NCBI GenBank assembly: GCA_963976765.1
Contig: CAXBME010000005.1
Location: 186,001-250,000, forward strand
DNA from: an uncultured Planctomycetaceae bacterium
GTDB taxonomy: Bacteria > Planctomycetota > Planctomycetia > Planctomycetales > Planctomycetaceae
Direction of reading: 5' to 3'
DNA length: 64,000 nucleotides
Below are positions 40,044-50,971 of the stretch, piece by piece (the stretch's first letter is position 1; each line of letters begins with the position of its first letter). Below the pieces are notes generated by a model, which saw nothing but the letters and a program-made list of their open reading frames with translations, had not been told where the DNA came from and did no database searches. The position numbers and the translations under genes were made by a program.

Positions 40044-40223
40044 TTATTCCGCAACGTCCACAAGCGGACGCCCCATGTAATGGCCACATTGCGGGCACAC
40101 GACGTGAGTCGGCATCCGGTTGCCGCAGTTCTGGCATTTGCCCAACTGAGGAGCCTTCAGGTTCCACTGAGCCTTGCGGCTGCGGGTTCGCGATTTGGAG
40201 ATTTTTCTCTTGGGAACAGCCAT
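40044..40223 (-). CDS. rpmF: 50S ribosomal protein L32, Zn-binding form (not in ORF track)
   Basis: Manual translation MAVPKRKISKSRTRSRKAQWNLKAPQLGKCQNCGNRMPTHVVCPQCGHYMGRPLVDVAE*; directly upstream of plsX. Confidence 0.97.
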   Translation of the reverse strand: MAVPKRKISKSRTRSRKAQWNLKAPQLGKCQNCGNRMPTHVVCPQCGHYMGRPLVDVAE

Positions 40224-40397
40224 GATTAACTCGGAGTATCTGCGGGGTTAGAGCCTGTCGCCGAAAGTGCCGGCCCTGCGGCCCGCTGCAAATTCGACGG
40301 TCTGATGACTCGGAAACTGTCGTAAACCAGCACTGCTGGAGATGTTACGGCATTCCTGCGCGTACAGAGAATCTGCACTCTGAAAAGCGAAGCGGGG

Positions 40398-40427
40398 ATC
40401 GTACGAAAACCGCCCGAACACAGTCAA
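40398..40427 (-). promoter_or_regulatory. Putative sigma70 promoter of rpmF-plsX-fabD
   Basis: TTGACT-N18-TACGAT on the minus strand. Confidence 0.5.
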
Positions 40428-40719
40428 CCAATGCCGCTTTTGAGATAGATCAGGCGATACCTGACGAAGCCGATCAACTCAGACGACGTTTGACATACTG
40501 TCCGGGAAGCGTCCCATTCGGCACGAACGGCCCGCGTGACCTGCCAGTTCGTATCGATCGGGGTCTGATTTGTGGACGCTCGCCGAGAGGGTGGTATGCT
40601 GAGAACGCAGCCTTCTTAACCGGTACAATCTGTTGATTTTACCAGTCACACTCACGAAGACTGCCGAATTCTGACATCCACACTCCGGTTTCCGACCTCA
40701 ACGTAAGTGATTTTCAACC

Positions 40720-41751
<1,032 letters not shown>

Positions 41752-41818
41752 TGGCAACCGGAATTGTTTCTGGTGGGCAATGCCTACCCAACTTTCGCTC
41801 TGAAATAACGAGTTCAAC

Positions 41819-42838
41819 ATGAGCACCGATGGACCGAGCAGTGATTCCAGTCAGCCGCAGATTATTGTGAATGTGCCTCCACAAGGTGGCGGATTCTTCA
41901 AGGCATGGTTCACGAGACTGCTGTTTTCGTTTCTGCTGCTTTCCGTGTTTCTGAACTTTGCTCTGATTTCGTCGAACGCTGACATTGATGCGGGAACTCA
42001 GGAAAAATTTGTTTCGGGCGACGAAACCGCTACTAATCGCATTGTGATCATCGAGGCCAACGGCACGATCATGCCGCCTTTTACCGAGCGGATTATCGGG
42101 ATGGTTGAAGACGCTCGTGACGACGACAACGTCAAAGGAGTCGTACTGGTGGTTGACAGTCCCGGCGGACTGGTCGCTGACAGTCATCAGATTTACCACC
42201 GTCTGAAACAGCTTAGCGCGAAGAAGCCCGTTTACGTCGCCATGAAAAGAATTGCTGCGTCCGGCGGCGTTTATATCGCGATGGGAGCCGGCGAGAACGG
42301 AAAGATCTTCGCCGAGCCGACCACCTGGACGGGCTCGATCGGCGTGATTATTCCGCGATATGACCTGTCGGCGATGGCGGAGAAGTTCGGAGTGAAGTCT
42401 GACTCGCTGACGACCGGCCCGTTCAAAGACTCGCTCAACATGTTCAAGCCACTGTCCGACGCAGACCGTGAACTATGGGGAGAGATCATGGACGATTCGT
42501 TCGATCGCTTTGTGGAGATTGTCGCCGAAGGTCGCAAAGGGCTCGACGAAGAAACGGTTCGGACGAAACTGGCGACTGGTCAGGTCTTCACAGCGAACCA
42601 GGCATTGGAGAACGGCCTGATCGACGAGATCGCTTTTGACGACGAAGTGGTCGACAAACTGCAGGAAGATCTTGGCCTGAGCAAGGTTCGAGTCGTCAAG
42701 TACACGTTTACGCCGACGTTCCTGGACATTCTGCTGGGCAATGTCGAAGCCCGCGATCCAGAAGTCTTCTGGCAGAAGGCGATGGAATCGACCGTCCCTC
42801 GAGCGATGTACTACTGCTCGTGGCTACCGTCGTTGTAA
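41819..42838 (+). CDS. sppA: Signal peptide peptidase SppA (36K type, S49)
   Basis: VDSPGG, AASGG, TGSIGVI, GPFKD. Confidence 0.93.
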   Translation: MSTDGPSSDSSQPQIIVNVPPQGGGFFKAWFTRLLFSFLLLSVFLNFALISSNADIDAGTQEKFVSGDETATNRIVIIEANGTIMPPFTERIIGMVEDARDDDNVKGVVLVVDSPGGLVADSHQIYHRLKQLSAKKPVYVAMKRIAASGGVYIAMGAGENGKIFAEPTTWTGSIGVIIPRYDLSAMAEKFGVKSDSLTTGPFKDSLNMFKPLSDADRELWGEIMDDSFDRFVEIVAEGRKGLDEETVRTKLATGQVFTANQALENGLIDEIAFDDEVVDKLQEDLGLSKVRVVKYTFTPTFLDILLGNVEARDPEVFWQKAMESTVPRAMYYCSWLPSL

Positions 42839-42876
42839 CTACAAACGAACGTTCGGTGGTTCCGATATTTCAAGGC

Positions 42877-42912
42877 GTGTCCCTGGCTCTGCCAGCGTTT
42901 TTAATCTGGCAG
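42877..42912. repeat. Degenerate REP family A half-copy
   Basis: GTGTCCCTGGCTCTGCCAGCGTT ... CTGGCAG. Confidence 0.55.
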
Positions 42913-43060
42913 TTAGAGTTGCAGCCACCAGTCGCGACTGTATTTCTGCAGCCGTCAGACGAGTGTGCAGTCGCTGCTTACTTTCTAACGGATCAAAGCT
43001 TGCTTACGCTTAGGCGGTGTATTGTGTTCCCGCCTTTTGCCTCGTTAGCTGAGTCCCGCC

Positions 43061-45031
43061 ATGCTTGTCGCCGCAGATCCACTCGCGAATAACTTTCTGG
43101 GACTGCACTGGCTCGACTGGGTTGTGCTTGCCGCATATTTCCTGGTGGTCCTGGGAGTCGGGATCTGGTCGATGACGAAGGTCAAGGACATGTCCGACTT
43201 CTTCATGGGCGGGCGACGGTTCGGCAAAGTCTTCATGATGTTCTTTGCGTTCGGGTCCGGCACGAGCAGCGAGCAGGCTGTCAGCGTCGCTGCAGGTTCC
43301 TTCCGATACGGACTGGCCGGAATCTGGTACCAGTTCCTGTGGCTGTGGGCGACCCCTTTTTACTGGATCGTTGCACCCGTCTTTCGCCGCATGAGAGCAC
43401 TCACGACGAGCGACTTTTTCGAGGCCCGCTACAGTAGTTCGACAGCGACGCTGTATTCGGTCATCGGCATCGTCATGTCGATCGTGTTCATTGCCGGCGG
43501 CCTGTACGGAGCGGGCGAAATGATCGAAGGCCTGGCAGGCGGTCTTGATCCGACAACCGGAAAGCCATTTTTCCCGTCCAGCTATGCGATTGCCGGGATG
43601 ACTGTTTTGTTTGTCGCGTACGGTCTCGCCGGAGGACTGAACGCAGCAATCGTCACCGACTTTCTGCAGGGCGTTCTGACGATCGTCTTCTCGTTCCTGC
43701 TGCTTCCATTTGCGTTGAACGTCGCGGCCAGCGTCGCCGGCACGGACAGCGGTTTTACGGCGCTCGCTCAGGGGTTACCGAGCCGATCGGGCGATGAGAT
43801 TCTCAGTATGACGCTGACTGAGGATTTTCTGGCTCGAACGGGAGCAGAGCCGATTACGTTGTTTTACGTCGTCATGCTTTCGATCGGCGGACTGATTGGC
43901 ATCGTCGTTCAGCCTCACATTATGGGTGTCTGTGGAGCCGGCAAGACGGAATTTGAAGGGCGATTTGGATTCACGTTTGGCAACTTTATCAAGCGGTTCT
44001 GCACAATCGCCTGGACGTTCACCGGACTGGCCTGCATCATCATTTATTTGAGTCCGGGCACTGACTACCTGAGTGCTGAACGCCTCGCCGAGCTTCAGGC
44101 CGACCCGGAAAAGATGAAGGCATTTTCGAATCAAGTCTTCGGGCTGGCCGCGCACGATATTCTGCCAACGATTCAACACGGACTTGTCGGGCTGTTGATG
44201 GCGTCGCTGCTGGCCGCCGTAATGAGCACCTGCGATGCACAGATGGTAGTCGGCTCCGGACTGTTCACCGAGAATGTCTACCGTCGCTTCATTCGCCCGG
44301 GGCAGTCGCCAGAGCATTATCTGATGGCTGGACGACTGGCGAGCCTCGGAATCGTGGGCTGTTCGCTGGTGATGCTCACGCAGTTCGACAACGTGATCCA
44401 GGTGTTGACCACTTACATCCAGGCAATCCCCGCCTTCATGGGATTGGCGTTCTGGCTGGGGATTACCTGGCGAGGATACACGCCAGCGGGCGTATGGACA
44501 TCAACCCTGGTTACGGCAACTGTGTGGTATTTGACACAGGCTCACACTCCATTTGACCTCATCGCCAGAATCGGTGATTCAGATTTTCTCCAACGAAACA
44601 TCGACTATCTGCCCGGTTTGTGTCGAAGCTGGCTTCACGAAGCGTTCCCCAGCATCATGGTCGCCAAACTCGATGCAACCGGCTCCCTATTGTCTGTCAA
44701 AACCAGTGTTCCGTGGCAGATTCTGATGTATTTAAGTTCCGGAGCTGTATCGGGGATTGCTGTGAGCCTGTTGAGCCGCCGGACGTCTACGGAAAAACTG
44801 GACCATTTCTTCACGCTGATTCGTACTCCCGTCCGCTCTGGCGAGGTCATCACGAGTCCGTGTACGCTGCCGGAAGGTCACCTGCCTGTTGATGAAGGAA
44901 AGTTGATCGATCACCCGGACCTCGAAATTCCTAGCCCCAGTCGGGTTGGAATCATCGGCTTTGTACTGGCCTGGGGGATGGTGGGGATCATCATCTGGGT
45001 TACAAACTACCTGGCAGGACAGGGGCAATAG
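43061..45031 (+). CDS. Sodium:solute symporter family protein
   Basis: DFFMGGR, GGLNAAIVTDFLQ, GLLMASLLAAVMST; many TMs. Confidence 0.92.
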   Translation: MLVAADPLANNFLGLHWLDWVVLAAYFLVVLGVGIWSMTKVKDMSDFFMGGRRFGKVFMMFFAFGSGTSSEQAVSVAAGSFRYGLAGIWYQFLWLWATPFYWIVAPVFRRMRALTTSDFFEARYSSSTATLYSVIGIVMSIVFIAGGLYGAGEMIEGLAGGLDPTTGKPFFPSSYAIAGMTVLFVAYGLAGGLNAAIVTDFLQGVLTIVFSFLLLPFALNVAASVAGTDSGFTALAQGLPSRSGDEILSMTLTEDFLARTGAEPITLFYVVMLSIGGLIGIVVQPHIMGVCGAGKTEFEGRFGFTFGNFIKRFCTIAWTFTGLACIIIYLSPGTDYLSAERLAELQADPEKMKAFSNQVFGLAAHDILPTIQHGLVGLLMASLLAAVMSTCDAQMVVGSGLFTENVYRRFIRPGQSPEHYLMAGRLASLGIVGCSLVMLTQFDNVIQVLTTYIQAIPAFMGLAFWLGITWRGYTPAGVWTSTLVTATVWYLTQAHTPFDLIARIGDSDFLQRNIDYLPGLCRSWLHEAFPSIMVAKLDATGSLLSVKTSVPWQILMYLSSGAVSGIAVSLLSRRTSTEKLDHFFTLIRTPVRSGEVITSPCTLPEGHLPVDEGKLIDHPDLEIPSPSRVGIIGFVLAWGMVGIIIWVTNYLAGQGQ

Positions 45032-45137
45032 AGATTAAGCCGGACGGCAGCTTGAACGGCTTCAAAGGGCATTTTCCGGAACTCGCTTCAACGCAAAAAA
45101 TGCTTCTGGCGAAACACCTTCCGTCGTCGTGAGTTGC

Positions 45138-45166
45138 TTGACTTACGGGTTTGGGATCCTCATTAT
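45138..45166 (+). promoter_or_regulatory. Putative sigma70 promoter of STAS/RsbW genes
   Basis: TTGACT-N17-CATTAT. Confidence 0.35.
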
Positions 45167-45359
45167 CACCCGAACTTGTTCGGGGCAATTGGCCTTGGAA
45201 CCCTTGGTATTCAGCAAAAACTTTGTTTGCGGGCCTTTGGATACGAGCTGACTTTTTCGGTCGTGCTTCGGTTAATTTTATTGAATTCATGACCGATGAA
45301 TCTGGCTCCTGAAGTGCCGCTGTTTCATTCACCGTTCGAACTTAACTGGAAATTGCAAC

Positions 45360-45716
45360 ATGTCAGCAGGTCATCGCCGGTTGGACATTGAAGAATCTGG
45401 TGACGTCACGATTGCCAAATTCGTTGACAAAAAGATTCTCGACGAAGGCAACATTCAGATCATTGGCAACCAGCTTTTCAGTCTGGTCGAAGACGATGCT
45501 CGGACGAAAATCATTCTCGATTTCTCCAATGTTGAGTATTTGTCAAGCGCCGCTCTCGGCAAACTGATCACGATGGATAAGAAAGTTAAAGCTGCGAAGG
45601 GAAAACTTCGGCTTTGCACTGTCCGTCCTGATATCTACGAGGTCTTCGCGATTACGAAGCTCAACAAGCTCTTCGACATGCGTGATAACCTGGAACAGGC
45701 CCTCGAAGGCATGTAA
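45360..45716 (+). CDS. STAS-domain anti-sigma-factor antagonist
   Basis: ILDFSNVEYLSSAALGKL, VFAITKL. Confidence 0.93.
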   Translation: MSAGHRRLDIEESGDVTIAKFVDKKILDEGNIQIIGNQLFSLVEDDARTKIILDFSNVEYLSSAALGKLITMDKKVKAAKGKLRLCTVRPDIYEVFAITKLNKLFDMRDNLEQALEGM

Positions 45717-45789
45717 TGGATTTGCGACAGTCGTCGCGTCCAGTTTCGTCGGGCCGGAAGTGTTGTCCTGCAAGGCAGAATCACTAGCT

Positions 45790-46215
45790 ATGTCCAGCAC
45801 CGAAGAGTTTGACGTCACGATCCCCAGCGACACGGCCAAAGGTCGTGAAGTTCAGGAACAGATCGTGGGCGGAATGGAATCACGAGGCTACTCACCTCGC
45901 GACGTCTTCGGTGTACGTCTTGCTCTTGAAGAAGCGTTAGTTAACGCGATCAAGCATGGCAACAAGATGGATCCGGACAAGGTGGTCAATGTCAAGTGGG
46001 AAATCGATGAGCAACACGTTCGGGTTGTGATCGAAGACCAGGGCGAGGGGTTCACGGTCGAAGAAGTTCCTGATCCCACAGATGAAGAAAATCTCGACAA
46101 GCCTGGAGGTCGAGGCATCATGCTGATGCGATCGTTCATGAGTGTTGTCGAGTACAACGAAAGTGGAAATCGCCTCACGCTGGAGAAACGGACAGACGAC
46201 GTCGACGAGGATTAA
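45790..46215 (+). CDS. RsbW/SpoIIAB-like anti-sigma Ser/Thr kinase (HATPase)
   Basis: LEEALVNAIKHGN, EDQGEGF, GGRGIMLM; start ATG 45790. Confidence 0.93.
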   Translation: MSSTEEFDVTIPSDTAKGREVQEQIVGGMESRGYSPRDVFGVRLALEEALVNAIKHGNKMDPDKVVNVKWEIDEQHVRVVIEDQGEGFTVEEVPDPTDEENLDKPGGRGIMLMRSFMSVVEYNESGNRLTLEKRTDDVDED

Positions 46216-46297
46216 GCTGACAAGGTTGTCTGACGTGAGAAAGTTGTCGTTTCTTCAGTTTTCGCTCAACAGATGCCATAGGTGAGTCCGAAAACCC

Positions 46298-46326
46298 TTG
46301 ATGAAGATGCTGCGGTCTCTTATCTT
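46298..46326 (+). promoter_or_regulatory. Putative tRNA promoter
   Basis: TTGATG-N17-TATCTT followed by GC-rich CCGCCGC, 14 nt before the tRNA. Confidence 0.45.
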
Positions 46327-46340
46327 CCGCCGCAATTCAA

Positions 46341-46413
46341 TCCCCGATAGCTCAATTGGTAGAGCGAGCGGCTGTTAACCGCTAGGTTCATGGTTCGAGT
46401 CCATGTCGGGGAG
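46341..46413 (+). tRNA. tRNA-Asn (GTT), CCA not encoded
   Basis: TCCCCGA/TCGGGGA acceptor stem, D-arm GCTCAATTGGTAGAGC, anticodon arm AGCGG-CTGTTAA-CCGCT, T-loop GTTCGAGTC. Confidence 0.97.
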
Positions 46414-46447
46414 TTCTGTTCAGTAGCTGATACTGGCAAAGACTCGC

Positions 46448-46474
46448 AAACCCCAGCATCGTCTGGGGTTTTTT
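46448..46474 (+). terminator. Intrinsic terminator downstream of tRNA-Asn (inside the integrase, antisense)
   Basis: AAACCCCAG-catcgt-CTGGGGTTTTTT. Confidence 0.7.
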
Positions 46475-47136
46475 CATGCGCCGTGTTCACTACTTGCGCT
46501 GCATTTCCGGTGCGTTCGAGCGGTTGCTGCACCGCTTTCTGCAGCGCTTTTTCCGGGATGCTGGCAGCCCGTTCGAAATGCTCGCTGGTGACTTGCAGGT
46601 AATGCTTTTGGGCAACCGCCTGAGAATTGCCGATCCACTGGCAGACGGCTTGCAGCGGGAACTGTTCGGCCAGTTCGGTCTCGCGCGTCGATCGCAGGTT
46701 CTGGAACACTTTCGGCCACGGCTTCAGGCCAGCCCGGCAGATTATCCGGTGCAGTTGCGTCCGCAGATTCTTGTCGGCGTCCCGGTAACGGGTGATGACG
46801 AATTCACTCCCCGGTTCCGCCTGGTCGAATGCCTGTTCCAGGTACGGGCGCAGTTCCGGGAACATCGGGACCAACCGGCTTTCGCCTCCGGCCAGATGCT
46901 CCGTCTTCGGACTGCTGACAAGAATCCGGCCATGTTCCCAATTCACGTCGGACCATCGCAGGGCGAGGTGTTCTGACGGGCAACGGAGGCCCCCGAATCG
47001 GCTCAGAGCGAAGATTAGACGCCATTCGGAATCCGGGCAGGCGTCGATGACCTGTTGAGCTTCCTGTCGAGTCACGAAGTAGAACCGTTCTGGATTTCCG
47101 ACAACCAGACTCTTCAGGTCAGCAAACGGATTCTCT

Positions 47137-47448
47137 TCAATCAGTTTCTGTCGAACGGCGTTGTCCGGAATCGCAAATCAGCCCGGAACGTTGCAGCGAC
47201 CATCGGCGAGGTCGTTCGCTGTCGCCGGTCATGCCGAGTTCCGCCTGGACTTCGTGATCGGTGGCACCTTCCTTGCCACACTCTGCGATGAAGTGAAATA
47301 CCCGAGCCGCCTGAGCCGTCGCCGCCGGAACCATGCTTTCCGCAGCACGACGACTGGTTTCCGTTCGGTTGTGCGGCAGACCGACCGGCTTGTCCGGCGG
47401 CCTGTCCCAATCGCTCGATCCGTCGTCAAACAAACTTCGTTCGTTCAT
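47137..47448 (-). pseudogene. Phage-like small winged-helix protein, 3' end replaced by integrase sequence
   Basis: GATDHEVQAELGM...RPRR..L...GLICDSGQRR then runs into integrase DNA; family call is an inference. Confidence 0.5.
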
Positions 47449-47545
47449 TGTTGAAGTCCGTTTCCGGCTGGTTTCCCAGCTCTGCAAGAAACATCCACGG
47501 CTCTGCCCGTCGACCATCGACGGGCTTCAAATCGTCGTCGTTGAT

Positions 47546-48364
47546 TCAATCTTCCCGTTCTGGTGACGGCTTTCGTTCCGTTCCCCGAGCGAGTATTTCG
47601 ATGATCGGTTTCTGCAAGGTTGGTGGGAGTTCTCGAAGCCCTTTCCCTTCGTGGCCGCTCAGATCAACCTGAGCCTGCCGAGCGAGCTCGGCTCGACGCG
47701 ATGGCCGTAGCAGCGACCAGTCAGCGGTGTACCGACCGATTTCGACTTCCGGTGCGGGCTTTGGTTTGGGCTTCGCCTGGAGTCCCGGCCAGCGTTCGGC
47801 AGCGGGAATCGACGGGTGAGCATTTTCGAACCGGTGATGAAGTGCTCCGACCGGAGAATCAAACCGATCCTGATTCAGCTTCCAGAACGCAATCAGCTCG
47901 AGCGCGTGCACTGCTGAGCAACCCGTCTGCCGAAAATTGCCGAGCAACCCGCGCCGGTGGCAGACTCCTGCCGAAATCAAACCTTCCTCCACCTCATCCC
48001 ACTGGTCAGCCTCGCCGGCGGCTTCAGGCTTCGACGGTTCCACGTTCGTGGCAACGGGAGGTGGGGGAAGCGAGGTATTGGATAGGAGTACGCTTGTCAG
48101 TTCGGCACTTTCCTCCGGAGTCTCTCCGCAGGATTCGAGCGGTTCAGTCGCGGAATTGTCCGCAGGATGTTCCGCAGATTGCGGTTTGAAGTCTGAATCG
48201 AGTTCTCCAATCGGTCCGAGGTCCGGTGCGTCTCCGAGCGAATCATCGACCAGCAACCAATACAGACCGGGCGTGCGGTTGCCTCCGGGTTCGTAATGCA
48301 GAAACCCTTCGTCGATACAGCGACGACGAACACGGTCCAGCTTGTCGATCGACCAACCGCACAA
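47546..48364 (-). pseudogene. Phage/ICE-like (replication-type) protein fragment, 5' end lost at the IS3 junction
   Basis: Begins mid-domain (LCGWSIDKLDRVRRRCIDEGFLHYEPG, wHTH-like) at the IS break. Confidence 0.5.
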
Positions 48365-48366
48365 CT

Positions 48367-49065
48367 GGGCATCTCCCAGGGACTGCCCGGCTCGACGTAG
48401 AGAACTTCAAGATCCAGCTTCCTGAGCCACGAGCTGATCGTGGTTGCTGTGAACTCCGGGCCGTTGTCGCTGCGAATGTGATTCGGAAGCCCTCGGGTGG
48501 CAAACAGTTTTGCCAGTTCGTTGATCACGTCATCGCTTCTGATATTTCGATCCACGTGAAGGCACAGGCACTCGCGTGTGAACTCGTCAACGATCACCAG
48601 CCACTTCAGCATCGTGCCGTTTGACGTTCGATCAAACACGAAGTCCCACGCCCAGACGTCGTCGGGATGGGCGGCGGGGTGATGGCCGCAGCCGTTCTCT
48701 GGCTGGCCGGAATGACGTGTTTTTCGCTGCTTCTTTGGCACTTTCAGTCCCTCTCGACGCCACAGTCGATAAACGCGTTTGGCGTTCACAGTCCAGTTCT
48801 GCTGACGAAGTTTGTGCGTCACCATCCGATAACCGTATCGAGGAAACTCTCTCACGACCTGCAGCATGTCGGCGAACAGCCGAGGCTCATCATCGGGAAC
48901 CTGTGGCGTGTATCGCTGACTGCTGCGAGGCTGCCCAACAACCTGGCACGCCCTTCGTTCGGATACCGAATACGACTGCTGCAATTCATCAACAGCCGCT
49001 CGCTTCCGAGAAGGGCCCGTGAGCGAACGCGAGCATTGCAGATGCCCGACAGTTTCCCTCCGCAA
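48367..49065 (-). pseudogene. IS3 transposase OrfB, C-terminally truncated before the catalytic Glu
   Basis: YGYR, KRVYRLWRREGL, two catalytic Asp motifs present; NGxxESF region missing. Confidence 0.88.
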
Positions 49066-49333
49066 GGTGTTTCAACATCTGAATGTCGAGTTCCTTGTCG
49101 GCGACGATCTGCTTCAGGCGACGGTTCTCATCTTCGAGCTGTTTCAGACGCTTCGCTTCCTCGCTCTTCATCCCACCGTATTGCTGACGCCAGCGATGGC
49201 ACGTGGCCTCGGCGATCTCAAGAGTCTGCAGGACAACTGCCAGTTCCTTGCCAGCGTTCAACATGGCATCAGCATCACGAAGCTTCGAAACTATCTGCTC
49301 CGGCGTGTGTCGGCGGCGGCGTTTCTTCGTCAT
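48989..49333 (-). CDS. IS3 transposase OrfA
   Basis: RRRHTPEQIVSKLR...WRQQYGGM...RLKQLEDENRRLKQIVAD. Confidence 0.9.
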   Translation of the reverse strand: MTKKRRRRHTPEQIVSKLRDADAMLNAGKELAVVLQTLEIAEATCHRWRQQYGGMKSEEAKRLKQLEDENRRLKQIVADKELDIQMLKHLAEGNCRASAMLAFAHGPFSEASGC

Positions 49334-49563
49334 CGAAAGTCTCCTTGGCCCGGAATCGGACCGGTCAGACTCTCATAACACATGGATCACTTTCAGGGAG
49401 GCACTCCAGAGTCACGCCCAGCAGAGGGCGAGGGTGGCGTAATCAGGGCGGATGCTGATGGAAAGACGCTTCCGTTCCTGTTATTGCGGTGGGCTCACTG
49501 CGCAGGGGGACGGAAGAGGCAGACCACTGCCCCGTGCGTGACTGCATGCTCACTCAGGAGCGA

Positions 49564-50646
49564 CTACCCTTGAGAGGCTTCGAAGGTCTTCATGAAGTCG
49601 ACCAGAGAGTCGACGCCTTCGGATGGGAAGGCGTTGTAGATGCTGGCTCTCATGCCGCCGACGCTGCGGTGACCTTTCAGGCCGTCGAGTTTGGCGGCGG
49701 TTGCCTGTTTGATGAACTCGGCATCAGTGTCGGCGTTGCCGGTCACGAACGTGACATTCATCTTTGAGCGGCTGTCGGCATCGGCGGTGGCGCTGAACAG
49801 CGAGCTGGTTTCCAGATGGTCGTACAGTTTCGCGGCTTTGGCGTCGTTGCGTTCTTGCATGGCGGTCAGACCGCCCTGATCCAGAATCCACTGGCAGACT
49901 CGACCGACCAGATAGATGCCGAAAGCTGGCGGCGTGTTGTACATCGAATCATTTTCGGCGTACGTCCGATATTGAAGCATCGCCGGAATGGTGTCCTTAC
50001 CGGCGGCGACCAGATCGTCGCGAATGATGACCAGGGTCACTCCGCTGGGGCCGAGATTCTTCTGAGCTCCGGCGTAAATCATGCCGTACTTCGAGACGTC
50101 GATCGGTCGCGAGAAGATGTCGCTGCTGGCGTCGCAGATCAGCGTGCCGCCGTCCGGAATGTCTGGCTCGGACGCGAACTGAGTTCCGAAAATTGTGTTG
50201 TTCGAGGTGAAGTGAACGTACTTGGCACCCGCCGAGAAGTCGTACTCTTTCGGGATGTAGCAGAAGTTGCGATCTTCGCTGGTCGCCGCAACGTGAGCGG
50301 TTCCAAAAGCCTTGGCGTCTTTAATCGCTTTTTTCGCCCACGCTCCGGTCAGGACGTAGTCCGCCGTCTGGCCGTTCGACAGCAGGTTCATGGGCAGCAT
50401 CGCAAACTGCAACGACGCTCCTCCCTGAATGAACAGCACTTTGTAGTTGTCAGGAATCGAGCCGACTTCGCGAATCGCGGCTTCGGCTTCGTCGCGAACG
50501 GCGGTGAATGCTTTGCCTCGATGCGAATGTTCGAGCACGCCAATGCCGGTGCCACGCAAAGAAAGCAGATCCTCGCGGGCTTCTTCGAGCACTTCGAGAG
50601 GGAGAACAGCCGGGCCTGCCGAGAAGTTAAAAATTCGCTCAGTCAT
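49564..50646 (-). CDS. serC: Phosphoserine aminotransferase
   Basis: [41 protein letters not shown]. Confidence 0.97.
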   Translation of the reverse strand: MTERIFNFSAGPAVLPLEVLEEAREDLLSLRGTGIGVLEHSHRGKAFTAVRDEAEAAIREVGSIPDNYKVLFIQGGASLQFAMLPMNLLSNGQTADYVLTGAWAKKAIKDAKAFGTAHVAATSEDRNFCYIPKEYDFSAGAKYVHFTSNNTIFGTQFASEPDIPDGGTLICDASSDIFSRPIDVSKYGMIYAGAQKNLGPSGVTLVIIRDDLVAAGKDTIPAMLQYRTYAENDSMYNTPPAFGIYLVGRVCQWILDQGGLTAMQERNDAKAAKLYDHLETSSLFSATADADSRSKMNVTFVTGNADTDAEFIKQATAAKLDGLKGHRSVGGMRASIYNAFPSEGVDSLVDFMKTFEASQG

Positions 50647-50971
50647 ATCAATTCATCCTGATTCATAGCCCCTGGGTGATAGAAGATGTTCGGGGCCGCG
50701 AAGTCTCTATAGTAGTCCCCGGTTAACGCGTCAACGACGGCGGACGCGTTGTTCACACCGGCCGGCCGGCGCAGATTTCTGCAGCCGGTAAGCAGCAGAT
50801 TGACGCTAGCTGCTTTGGAAGAACCTGCCGTCACGACTGGAGCCAATTGAGCCAGCGGGGACGATGGCATTGGCACCTTCGAATCGCGTCAGCAGGGGCA
50901 ACGTCCTCTTTGAAACTTCGCGTGAGATTCGAAAGGGCGAGTCTGTCGTGCCTGATTGAAGAGGCGAGAAT

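Larger units (their letters stand above)
46320..47160 (-). pseudogene. 5'-truncated tyrosine recombinase (integrase)
   Basis: AVRQKLIEENPF...GGLRCPSE...SPKTE...FQNLRSTRETEL...WIGNS...KHY; frame closed upstream by TGA at 47180-47178. Confidence 0.85.
46320..49408 (-). mobile_element. Decayed integrative element/prophage remnant at tRNA-Asn, ending in a truncated IS3
   Basis: Truncated tyrosine integrase abutting the tRNA, two phage-like gene fragments and an IS3; no second att copy seen. Confidence 0.8.
48367..49408 (-). mobile_element. IS3-family insertion sequence, truncated and probably inactive
   Basis: Left end TGGAGTGCCTCCCTGAAAGTGATCCA at 49408; orfA HTH/leucine zipper; G_GGA_AAC at 49058-49052; orfB WAWDF, IVDEFTRE, IRSDNGPEF, cut after PGSPWE; right IR absent. 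Confidence 0.9.

Noticed and set aside
37944..40223. Absence of fabH/fabG/acpP from the rpmF-plsX-fabD cluster as a novelty
   Set aside because: Operon rearrangement is common; the genes may lie elsewhere
48097..48366. C-terminal part of the 322-aa IS3 ORF
   Set aside because: Out-of-frame read-through into the neighbouring fragment after the truncation point; not transposase sequence
49409..49563. Second att site (duplicate of the tRNA-Asn 3' end)
   Set aside because: No copy of GTTCGAGTCCATGTCGGGGAG found; probably deleted
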